A program made the translations under genes and the position numbers. A DNA stretch of 64,000 nt, from NCBI GenBank assembly GCA_963808735.1, contig CAWEHE010000016.1:131028-195027 (forward strand). Reading direction: 5' to 3'. Under the pieces are notes generated by a model. That model was given only the letters and a program-made list of their open reading frames with translations. It searched no databases and was not told the origin of the DNA. Below, piece after piece: positions 31,924-40,256 of the stretch. This DNA comes from an uncultured Thermoleophilia bacterium (GTDB lineage: Bacteria > Actinomycetota > Thermoleophilia > UBA2241). How positions within the stretch are numbered: position 1 is the stretch's first letter; each line of letters starts with the position of its first letter.

Positions 31924-32678
31924 CAGCGCCAGCGTACTTCATCGTCGTGCCCGTGCTCGACGAGGCCGAGGCCCTGCCCGGGCTCCTGGCGGAGCTCCGG
32001 GGCCTCAGCCTGCTCGAGCGCACGCTCTTCGTCGACAACGGCTCCGCCGACGTCGGCCCTTCGCTGATCCGCGCCGCCGGCGGGACCGTCCTGCACGAGC
32101 CGCGGCTCGGCTACGGCTACCCGTGCCTGACGGGCGCCCGCGCGGCTGCGGCCGCGGGCGCCCGCGCCGTCGTCTTCATGGAGGCGGACGGGACCGACGA
32201 CCCCGCGCAGGCGCGCTTCCTCGTCGGTCCCGTCCTGGCCGGCGTCGCCGACCTCGTCATCGGGTCGCGGCGGCGGGCTGTGCGCGGCGCCGCGACCGGG
32301 CGCATGCCGCTGCACCAGCGCCTCGGCAACGACTGGCTCGCCTTCAACCTGTGGCTGTTCTTCGGCCTGCGCCTGAGCGACGACGGGCCGTACCGCGCCG
32401 TCCGCACGGACTTGCTGGAGGAGCTACGGCTGGACGAGCGGGCCTACGCCTTCCCGACCGAAATGGCGGTCAAGGCGCATCTGGCCGGCGCGCGCATCGT
32501 CGTCCGCGACACGCGCTACCGCTCACGCGCCGGCGCTTCGAAGATCGCCGGGACGTGGCGCGGCTCGGCGTTCGCCGTTCGCGACATCTTCTGGTGCCTG
32601 TTGCGCCTGGGAGTGACCGGCTTCCGGCCCACGGGCACCGGCACCCGGTCCGCCGGCGCCCGGCCCTCAGGTCAGTAG
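31902..32678 (+). CDS. GT2-family glycosyltransferase (polyprenyl-phosphate sugar synthase / DPM1-like)
   Basis: The GT2 signatures are FIVVPVLDEAEAL, FVDNGSADV, MEADGTDDP and a QRLGN region. The start is uncertain: the GTG at 31902 overlaps the divergent gene start by about 20 nt. Confidence 0.65.
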   Translation: MASSAASSAPAYFIVVPVLDEAEALPGLLAELRGLSLLERTLFVDNGSADVGPSLIRAAGGTVLHEPRLGYGYPCLTGARAAAAAGARAVVFMEADGTDDPAQARFLVGPVLAGVADLVIGSRRRAVRGAATGRMPLHQRLGNDWLAFNLWLFFGLRLSDDGPYRAVRTDLLEELRLDERAYAFPTEMAVKAHLAGARIVVRDTRYRSRAGASKIAGTWRGSAFAVRDIFWCLLRLGVTGFRPTGTGTRSAGARPSGQ

Positions 32679-33160
32679 ACGGGCAGCCGAGGGTGCGGGT
32701 CGCGCCGCGCCAGGCGTGCGTCCAGTCCGAGGGTGCGTCCGGACTGCGAGAGGGCGATCGCGAGGAGCAGCACGAACATGATGATGTAGGTCCCCGGCCA
32801 CTCGCCGGTCCCCGACGTGGCGATCAGCAGGTTCAGCTGGAAGAGCGCCGCCAGCAGGCCCGACACGGGCGTGAACAGGCCGAGCACCAGGAACAGCCCG
32901 AACACGACCAGCTCGATCCCGAACTGCCCGTAAGCGAAGACCGTCGAGTTGGGGATCATCACCGAGTTCAGGAGCTCGGCGTAGGCGCCCACCTTCGTCG
33001 TGTCCGCATACTGCTGCACGAAGTCCGCCCAGCCGCCGGGCGAGTAGTAGCCCTTGATGAGGTTGTCCGACCAGACGGCGAGGAAGATGGCGCCCATCAT
33101 GACGCGCAGCACCGCCATCAGCAGTTCGGTCCGGCCCTCGCGTGTCGCCCACAGGTGCAT
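32672..33160 (-). CDS. DoxX-family membrane protein
   Basis: The ORF is 162 aa with four TM segments and a DoxX-like pattern. Confidence 0.55.
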   Translation of the reverse strand: MHLWATREGRTELLMAVLRVMMGAIFLAVWSDNLIKGYYSPGGWADFVQQYADTTKVGAYAELLNSVMIPNSTVFAYGQFGIELVVFGLFLVLGLFTPVSGLLAALFQLNLLIATSGTGEWPGTYIIMFVLLLAIALSQSGRTLGLDARLARRDPHPRLPVY

Positions 33161-33252
33161 GAAGCGTCCCTCCTCGGTCGTTGGAGGGACCGTACCCGCC
33201 CGAGCCGGGGACGACGCGCCCGCGGGGCCGGCCGGCCGGGACTTCTGCCGCC

Positions 33253-33525
33253 TCAGCCGCCGGCGACGGGCGGCAGGACGTCGATCCGGTCGCCGGAAGC
33301 CAGGGCCGTCTCCCCGGCCGCCGCGGGCGGCAGATGGCGGCCGTTGAGGCTGACGACCACGAGCAGGCGGTCGCCGTAGAAGAGGCGCTGCTCGTAGCGC
33401 GGCGACCGTGCCGCCACCGCGCGCAGCGCCTCGACGACCGTCGCCGCGTCGCAGGCGACGTCGCAGGAGGGCTCGGGTGCCGTCAGGGCGGCGGGCAGGC
33501 CGACGGTGATGGAGGGCAAGGGCAC
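33253..33525 (-). CDS. ThiS/MoaD/CysO-like sulfur-carrier protein (C-terminal GG)
   Basis: A roughly 90-aa product ends ...GDRIDVLPPVAGG*. The start is a GTG/TTG about 6 nt after GGAG. Confidence 0.55.
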   Translation of the reverse strand: MPLPSITVGLPAALTAPEPSCDVACDAATVVEALRAVAARSPRYEQRLFYGDRLLVVVSLNGRHLPPAAAGETALASGDRIDVLPPVAGG

Positions 33526-33676
33526 GCTCCTGGTCGCTCGTTCTTCGCCGCGATTATCGCACGCTGGGCTCCGGGTGACGCCCGGCGGCGCCACCGGCGG
33601 ATGATTCCCGATAAATCCTATCGGGAATACGATTATGCAACGGGCCGACCGGCCCGCCATCTGCCAAGGGAGTCCG

Positions 33677-34117
33677 GTGAGGATATCGTCGAAGAGCCGC
33701 TACGCGTTGCTGGCGCTGGTCGAGCTGGATCTGCGCACGGGCGGCTCGGGGAATCCCGTGCGTCTCGCCGACCTGGCGAGGGACCGGGAGATCCCCGAGC
33801 AGTTCCTCGAGCAGCTCTTCGCCGGTCTGCGCCGCGCCGGCCTCCTCAGCGGGCGCCGCGGCGCCGGCGGCGGATTCACGTTCGCGCGCCGGCCCGACCA
33901 ACTCACCGTCCTGGACGTCGTCCGGGCACTGGACGGCACCGGTACCATCGCCGCCTGTGCTCCTGCCGAGTGCGGGCCTGAAGAACGCAACGGCTCCCGC
34001 GCCGTCTGGAGCGCCGCCGGTGCGGCCTACGAGGAAGTGCTCGCGCGCACCACCATCAGCGACCTCGCCGAACGGGAGCGGCAGCTCCGCTCCGGCGGGC
34101 CCATGTACGAGATCTGA
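33677..34117 (+). CDS. Rrf2-family transcriptional regulator (CymR/IscR-like)
   Basis: The start reads [18 protein letters not shown], an Rrf2 HTH. It lies immediately upstream of cysK. Confidence 0.8.
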   Translation: MRISSKSRYALLALVELDLRTGGSGNPVRLADLARDREIPEQFLEQLFAGLRRAGLLSGRRGAGGGFTFARRPDQLTVLDVVRALDGTGTIAACAPAECGPEERNGSRAVWSAAGAAYEEVLARTTISDLAERERQLRSGGPMYEI

Positions 34118-34142
34118 CCCTACCGTCACCAAGGAGTACCAA

Positions 34143-35097
34143 GTGAAGATCGCAGGCGACATCACCGAGCTCATCGGCGGGACGCCGCTCGTCAGGCTGC
34201 GCGGCCTCTCTGAGAGGTCAGGCGCGACGATCGTCGGCAAGCTGGAGTCGTTCAACCCGGGGGGCAGCGTCAAGGACCGCATCGGGCTCTCGATGTTCGA
34301 CGCCGCCGAACAGGCCGGCCTCATCTCGCCCGGCGAGACCACGATCGTCGAGCCGACCAGCGGCAACACGGGCATCGCTCTGGCCATGGTGGCCGCTGCC
34401 CGGGGCTACAAGGTGCTCCTGACGATGCCCGAGACCATGAGCATCGAGCGCCGTAACCTGCTGCGCGCGTACGGCGCCGAGCTCGTCCTCACCCCCGGAC
34501 CGCAGGGCATGAAGGGCGCGATCGCCCGGGCGACGGAGCTCGGCGAGGAGATCCCCGGAGCATTCATCCCGCAGCAGTTCGAGAACGCCGCCAACCCGGA
34601 GGCGCACCGGCGCACCACGGCCGAGGAGGTGTGGAACGACACCGACGGCGAGGTCGACATCTTCGTGGCCGGGGTCGGCACCGGCGGCACCGTGACCGGG
34701 GTCGGCGAGGTTCTCAAGCAGCGCAAGCCCAGTGTCTACGTGGTCGCGGGCGAGCCGGCCGACTCGCCGGTGCTGAGCGGCGGCGACCCCGGTCCCCACA
34801 AGCTCCAGGGGATAGGCGCCGGCTTCGTGCCCAGGATCCTCAACACGGAGGTCTACGACGAGGTCGTACAGGTGACCGTCGAGCATGCGCTCGCGTTCGC
34901 TCGCGAGCTGGCTGACCGAGGGCATCCTGGTCGGCATCAGCGCCGGCGCCAACGCCTACGCCGCCTACGCGGTGGGCAGCCGCCCGGAGAACAAGGGCAA
35001 GCTCGTCGTCACGGTGCTGTGCGACACCGGCGAGCGCTACCTCTCCACCGTCCTGTTCGCCGAGCCCGAGGCGTCCGGGGCGTCTTCGAGCATCTGA
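34143..35097 (+). pseudogene. cysK: Cysteine synthase A (O-acetylserine sulfhydrylase), apparent +1 frameshift near 34914
   Basis: The N-terminus, after a strong RBS (aaggagtaccaaGTG), reads TPLVRL, SVKDRIG (PLP lysine), [17 protein letters not shown]. The C-terminal [29 protein letters not shown] is in ORF 34885..35097. Confidence 0.85.
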
Positions 35098-35593
35098 CGC
35101 CCGGGCTCAGACGCGCAGGCCCGCCGCGATCCTGCGGCGGGCCGGCGGGCTCCGTGCCGGCTTCGCCCCCGTCCTGCGTGAGCTGCTTGCGCAGGTACAC
35201 GCGGGACAGGCCGATCTCGCGCCGCCGCGCGTACTCCTCGTAGCCGATCCCCTCGTAGAGCGCGAGGTTCTCGGTCATCGCTTCCTGGGTGTAGAGGTAG
35301 ATGGAGTCGAAGCCCTGCCGGCGCGCCTCCGACTCGGCGTGCTCGAGCAGCCACCGGCCCAGCCCCGTGCCCTGGTGGGCCGGGTCGACCGCGACGTTGT
35401 CGAGCAGAAAGCCCTCCTCGGCCGCCTTCAGCACGAGCACGGCGACGATGTCGCCGCCGTGCTCCACCACGGTGACCCGGGAGTCGCGGAGCACCTCGCC
35501 GTAGTCCTCGCGCATCGGTCCGGGGACGAGGCCGTTGCGGTCGATGTAGTGCGCGTACGCCGCGGCGACGCAGGCGGCCACCCGGTCGCGCAT
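35009..35593 (-). CDS. GNAT-family N-acetyltransferase
   Basis: It carries the acetyl-CoA motif [21 protein letters not shown]. The 60-aa low-complexity C-terminal tail overlaps the cysK 3' end, so the true stop may be earlier (a further indel is possible). Confidence 0.6.
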   Translation of the reverse strand: MRDRVAACVAAAYAHYIDRNGLVPGPMREDYGEVLRDSRVTVVEHGGDIVAVLVLKAAEEGFLLDNVAVDPAHQGTGLGRWLLEHAESEARRQGFDSIYLYTQEAMTENLALYEGIGYEEYARRREIGLSRVYLRKQLTQDGGEAGTEPAGPPQDRGGPARLSPGVRCSKTPRTPRARRTGRWRGSARRCRTAP

Positions 35594-35724
35594 CGTCCGG
35601 GGTGGCCGTCCGCGCCGCGTACTCGCCGAGGTGGGCCGGCAGTTCCAGCCTCATCGGAGAAGGAGCGGGAGGGCGTCGCCGCGGCTCCCGAGGCTGCTCA
35701 TGAGGCTCCTCCTCGCGGCACGCG

Positions 35725-36654
35725 CTACGCCAGCATCCGCTCCACGGCCCGGAGGGCCTTGACGCGAGTCTGTTCTGGCACGGTCACCTCGTGATCGAGG
35801 ACGTCGTCCCACTCCTCGCCGAGGGTGGCGACGCACTGCTCGAGCGTGGTGAGCTTCATGTTGGGGCAGACGGCCCGGTTCGAGGCCGGGATGAACTTCC
35901 TGTCGGGGTAGAGGATGCCCAGCCGGTAGAGGAGCCCGGTCTCGGTGGCGACGACGAAGGTCGTCGCGTCGCTGGTGCCGGGGTAGCGCAGCATCCCGGA
36001 CGTGCTGGTGACGACGTCGGCGATGTCGAGCACCTCGCGCCGGCTCTCCGGGTGGGCCATGAGCACGCTGCCCGGGTTGGCGGCGCGGATCTCGTCGATC
36101 TCGGCGGCGCGGAAGTCGTCGTGCACGTGACACCAGCCCTGCCAGAGGATCATCGTCTCCTCGCGGCCCGTCTGACGGGCGACGTAGTCCCCGAGGTTCC
36201 TGTCGGGCACGAAGATGATCTGCTGGTCCCTGGGGAAGCGGTCCACGATCTGGACGGCGTTGGCGCTCGTGCAGCACACGTCGGTCTCGGCCTTGATGTC
36301 CGCCGACGTGTTGACGTAGGCGACGACGACGGCGTCGGGATGCTCGGCCTTGAGCTTGCGCAGCCCGGCCACCGTGACCATGTCGGCCATGGGGCAGCCG
36401 GCGCGCTTGTCGGGCATGAGCACGGTCTTCTGCGGCGAGAGGATGTACGCGGTCTCGGCCATGAAGTGCACGCCGCAGAAGAGGATCACCTGGTGCGGGT
36501 CCTTCTGCGCGATGCGCGACAGCTCGAGGGAGTCGCCCGTGTGGTCCGCGGCGTCCTGCACCTCGGGGCGCTGGTAGTTGTGGGCGAGGATGACGACATC
36601 ACGCTCGGCGGCGAGGCGACGGAGTTCCCTCTGGAGGTCGTTCAGCTCGGGCAT
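35725..36654 (-). CDS. nadA: Quinolinate synthase
   Basis: It matches NadA over its full length (VILAHNYQ..., CGVHFMAE, three conserved Cys). Confidence 0.9.
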   Translation of the reverse strand: MPELNDLQRELRRLAAERDVVILAHNYQRPEVQDAADHTGDSLELSRIAQKDPHQVILFCGVHFMAETAYILSPQKTVLMPDKRAGCPMADMVTVAGLRKLKAEHPDAVVVAYVNTSADIKAETDVCCTSANAVQIVDRFPRDQQIIFVPDRNLGDYVARQTGREETMILWQGWCHVHDDFRAAEIDEIRAANPGSVLMAHPESRREVLDIADVVTSTSGMLRYPGTSDATTFVVATETGLLYRLGILYPDRKFIPASNRAVCPNMKLTTLEQCVATLGEEWDDVLDHEVTVPEQTRVKALRAVERMLA

Positions 36655-36691
36655 GGGTCACCGGGGGAGGGTCGGTTGGCGTGGCCCCCGA

Positions 36692-37577
36692 TTATACGCT
36701 CTCGGGCTTCTCGGGGCGCGCCGGCTCGCCCGCGTCCGCGATCTCGCCGTCGCTTCCGAGTCGCCGTCGCTCCGCGTCGCGGTTCACCTCCACGCCGAGC
36801 AGCAGCGACAGGTTCACGAGCCACGCCCACACGAGGAACGCCACGAGCGCCCCGAGCGTGCCGTACACGCGGTTGTACGAGGCGAAGTTGTCCAGGTAGA
36901 AGCTGAAACCGGCGGAGGCCGCGAGCCAGAGCCCGGCTCCGGCCACAGCGCCGGGGAGCAGCCACCAGAGCGGCGGCTGCCGCCGGCTGGGCGCGAACTT
37001 GCAGAGGAGCGCGAACAGCAGCAGGGCGAGCGCGATGAGGATGGGCCACTTGACCCACGTCCACAGCTGCAGTGGCCCCGTGCCGATGCCGGTCGCGTCT
37101 CCGACCCAGCGGCCAAAGGGCCCGACCAGGGCGATCACGGCCGCGGTGCCCGCGACCAGCACGAGGAGCACGAGCGCGAGGCCGATGCGCAGCGGAAGGC
37201 ACTTCCAGAACGGTCGTCGCTCCGTCGATCTCGTAGATCCTGTCTGAGGCCACCATGAAGGAGCCGACGTAGGCGGAGGCGGCCCACAGCGCGGCGATGA
37301 GGCTCACGACGAGGACGATCCCGGAGTTCTGCGACGTGAGCACCGAATCGAGCACGCTGGAGACGAAGTCGGCCGCCCACGGCGCACCCAGCTCACCCAC
37401 GGTGTCGAGCAGTTCGTGTGCGGAATCCGCGGACAGCCCGACCAGCCCGAGCAGCGAGACGACCACGATGAGCGCGGGCAGCAGCGAGAGGACCGTGTAG
37501 TAGGTAAGGGCGGCGGCGAGCTGGGTCAGCTCGTGCGAGAACACGGCGCTCGCGACCGCGGTCACTTCACGCCACAC
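36692..37577 (-). pseudogene. YihY/BrkB-family membrane protein, apparent frameshift near 37200
   Basis: The N-terminal half (LAAALTYYTVLSLLPALIV...DRIYEI) is in ORF 36642..37748. The C-terminal half (LLVLVAGTAAVIALV...NRDAERRRL) is in ORF 36692..37171. Confidence 0.7.
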
Positions 37578-37774
37578 CCGCGCCCCTGCCCCGTCGTTCG
37601 ACTCCACCAGGCCTCCCGGATCGTGGACCGCGGCAAGCCTACCGCATGCCGGCGCCGGCAGGGCCTGCGCGGGCGCCCGCGAGTACGCCGCCGCGCGAGT
37701 CCTGGCAGGAGTACGCCAGGTCGCGCCCGGGGTAGAGTCCGGCCGCAAGAAGAGGACCTACAAGAGGAGTACCG

Positions 37775-38308
37775 ATGCAGAGCAGAGGCGCCTACATGGC
37801 GTTGTCCATCATCACCGGCCTGCTGATGATCGTGCTGGGCGGCATCTTCCTGGCAGAACCGGGGCTGAGCTTGGCCACCATCATCCTGCTGGTCGGGATC
37901 TTCGTCATCGTCTACGGGGTCTTCCTGGTCATCGCCGGGATCGCCGGCCGTCACGACGGCGGCGGCTGGGTCATCGCCGGCGGCGTACTCGCCGTCGTCA
38001 CGGGCATCGTGACGCTCGCGTGGCCGGCCGCGACGAGCCTCGCCGTCCTCTACATCATCGCGGCGTGGGCGATCATCAGCGGCATCGCCGACATCGCCGG
38101 CGCCTTCGCCGGCGGCATCAGCGGCGGCCGGCGGGTCTGGCTCGTCATCCTCGGCCTGATCGGCATCGCCGTCGGCATCTACTTCTTCGTCCACCCGGTC
38201 ACCGGCGTCCTGGCGCTGCTCTGGGTGGTCGGCGTCTACCTGGTGGCGCTCGGCGTGTTCCGCATCATCGCGGGGTTCCTGCAGCCGCCGCGGGCGCAGG
38301 CGGCGTAG
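37775..38308 (+). CDS. HdeD/DUF308-family membrane protein
   Basis: It has a good RBS and six TM helices with a repeated GxxxIxxG pattern. Confidence 0.65.
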   Translation: MQSRGAYMALSIITGLLMIVLGGIFLAEPGLSLATIILLVGIFVIVYGVFLVIAGIAGRHDGGGWVIAGGVLAVVTGIVTLAWPAATSLAVLYIIAAWAIISGIADIAGAFAGGISGGRRVWLVILGLIGIAVGIYFFVHPVTGVLALLWVVGVYLVALGVFRIIAGFLQPPRAQAA

Positions 38309-38346
38309 CCGCTCCTGCGCCGGCCTCGTGGGCCGGCCGCCGAAGA

Positions 38347-38387
38347 GACGAGGGCCGGGTGGAGCATCGCTCCACCCGGCCCTCGTC
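38347..38387. terminator. Perfect 18-bp stem / 5-nt loop hairpin between convergent genes (bidirectional terminator candidate)
   Basis: The sequence is gacgagggccgggtggag-catcg-ctccacccggccctcgtc. Confidence 0.5.
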
Positions 38388-38428
38388 GTTCGGCGTGACC
38401 CCCCGCGCGCGCGGCGCCGGCTCCGGGC

Positions 38429-39085
38429 TCAGTCCTCGTCGCCTCCGGGCGCAGCCGTTTCGCCGCGCACCGCGGCGAGGCGCTCCTTGAAGCCCGTCTC
38501 CTCGAAGATGGTCTGCACTTCCTTCACCACGTCCTCAGGCGGGAAGAGGTCGCCGAGCCCGAGCTCCTCGCGGATCTCGAGCAGGTGCTCCATGTAGTCG
38601 GTCCACTTCTCGCCCCAGGCCTCGCCGATGGCCGGGAACATGAGGTGCGGGTCGCCGCCCATGCCCTTCTCGTAGAAGTTGCCGCACCACTCGGCGAACA
38701 TCTCCACGTGCCGGCGGCCGCGTCCGTTCTCGACCTGGATGCCGCGCACCACCTGGTTGATGACGGCGACGCTGTTGTGGCGCGGGCAGCGGCTCTGGCA
38801 GGTGTAGCAGTAGTAGCAGTACCAGAGCGTGTCGTCCTCGAGCAGCGTGACGTCGCCGTCCAGGGCGCGGCGCGCCGTCTCTCGCGGCGAGTACTCGGTG
38901 AAGCGCGCCGCGGGGCAGCCGGAGGTGCAGACGCCGCACTGGATGCAGCTCTGGAAGCCGTCCTTGTGGTCGTGCATGCGCGGGTCGTCCAGGATGCGCT
39001 TGACCAGCTCGGGGTCGCGCCGCGGGGCGGCCGCGAACGTATCGTCCGCGAGGTGCGCGTACGGGTTGTCCTTGGCGTCAGTCAT
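38429..39085 (-). CDS. Heterodisulfide reductase subunit C-like (2x[4Fe-4S] ferredoxin-type)
   Basis: The motifs are CIQCGVCTSGCP and CYYCYTCQSRCPR. Confidence 0.75.
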   Translation of the reverse strand: MTDAKDNPYAHLADDTFAAAPRRDPELVKRILDDPRMHDHKDGFQSCIQCGVCTSGCPAARFTEYSPRETARRALDGDVTLLEDDTLWYCYYCYTCQSRCPRHNSVAVINQVVRGIQVENGRGRRHVEMFAEWCGNFYEKGMGGDPHLMFPAIGEAWGEKWTDYMEHLLEIREELGLGDLFPPEDVVKEVQTIFEETGFKERLAAVRGETAAPGGDED

Positions 39086-40256
39086 CGGTGCGCTCCTCGG
39101 GGGCGTTGGGCACGGCCTTGAAGTACTCGGGCCAGAAGTGGACGGGGACGTCGAGCTTGAGCTCGCGCGCGGCGGAGCGGAGGTTGTCGCGGCAGAGCAC
39201 GCAGGTGGTGACCACCGGCGCGCGCTGCTCGGCGGCGAACTCCAGGAGCCACGCGCTGGACTTGGTGGCGCCCCGGTACATGCCGCCGAGGGCACCACAG
39301 CAGCCGCTGTGCAGCGTCGGGTAGTCGACCACCATGGCGGCGCCCGACTGCTCGGCGGCGTCGCCGAGCGCGGCCAGGGCTGCGTCCCGGTCGGCGAGGC
39401 AGCCGACGTAGGGGACGAAGCGCTCGGAGGCGGCCGTGAGCGAGATCGACGAGTTGCGGCCGGCGCGCTCCGTGAGCGCGTCCCAGAGCGGGACCGCTTC
39501 GACGCCGCTCTCGGCGAGGCTCGCGTCGCAGGCCGGGCACGCGGTGTAGACGCGCTCCCGGCTCGCGAACAGGCTGTCGACCGTGCCGCGGCTCGGGTGG
39601 CCGCAGCAGCCGGCGCCCGCCGACTCGTCGAGGCGGACGCCGAAGCCGGCGGCCACCTCATGCACCACGGCGTGCAGCTCGTGGTCCTGCGGGATCGCGC
39701 AGCCGGCGTAGAAGGGCAGCGTGACGGCGTCTGCCGGAAGGGCTGCGCCCGCCGGCGCCTTCTTGCCGCCCGGCAGCATCTGCTTCGCCAGCTTCACGCC
39801 CATCTCGGCGGCGCCCACCTTGTCCCTGGGAACGTAGCCCTTGGAGACCATGGCCGCGCCGAAGCGCAGGTTGTCGATGCGCGACCGCTTCTGCAGGTGG
39901 TCCGTGGCCACGTCCGCGGCCGTGCGCTCGGCGCAGCGGATCGCGCCGCCGTGCTCGCGCTCGAGCCGGCGCAGACTGTGCAGGACGCCCGCGACGTCGA
40001 TGTCCATGCGGCAGACCGAGGTGCAGGTGCCGCACTCGGTGCAGCGCCAGAGGTCGTCGCTCTTGAGGACGGCCTCGATCTCACCCGCGAGGATGAGCCG
40101 GACGAGCCGGCGCGGCCCGCGGTACAGCTCGCGTCCGCTCGGACAGCTGGAGGTGCAGGTGCCGCACTGGTAGCAGGCCGAGCACTCGGCGGCGAGCTCC
40201 TTGAACGCGGCGGTGACGGCGTCCGGATACGCGATGACGTCAGGCGACGTGGCCAC
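39078..40256 (-). CDS. HdrD/GlpC-like Fe-S oxidoreductase (N-terminal 2x[4Fe-4S] plus two CCG domains)
   Basis: The motifs are CYQCGTCTSSCP, CTECGTCTSVC, CCGHPSRG and CCGALGG. The start is taken at the GTG 8 nt after GGGAGG. Confidence 0.7.
   Translation of the reverse strand: MATSPDVIAYPDAVTAAFKELAAECSACYQCGTCTSSCPSGRELYRGPRRLVRLILAGEIEAVLKSDDLWRCTECGTCTSVCRMDIDVAGVLHSLRRLEREHGGAIRCAERTAADVATDHLQKRSRIDNLRFGAAMVSKGYVPRDKVGAAEMGVKLAKQMLPGGKKAPAGAALPADAVTLPFYAGCAIPQDHELHAVVHEVAAGFGVRLDESAGAGCCGHPSRGTVDSLFASRERVYTACPACDASLAESGVEAVPLWDALTERAGRNSSISLTAASERFVPYVGCLADRDAALAALGDAAEQSGAAMVVDYPTLHSGCCGALGGMYRGATKSSAWLLEFAAEQRAPVVTTCVLCRDNLRSAARELKLDVPVHFWPEYFKAVPNAPEERTDD

Noticed and set aside
35009-35190. 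A GNAT C-terminal 60-aa tail overlapping the cysK 3' end by 88 nt on the opposite strand. Considered as a genuine convergent overlap.
   Set aside because: The tail is low-complexity ([18 protein letters not shown]...) and continues beyond the normal end of the GNAT fold. Given the high local indel rate, it is more likely a read-through caused by a lost stop or an indel than a real overlap.
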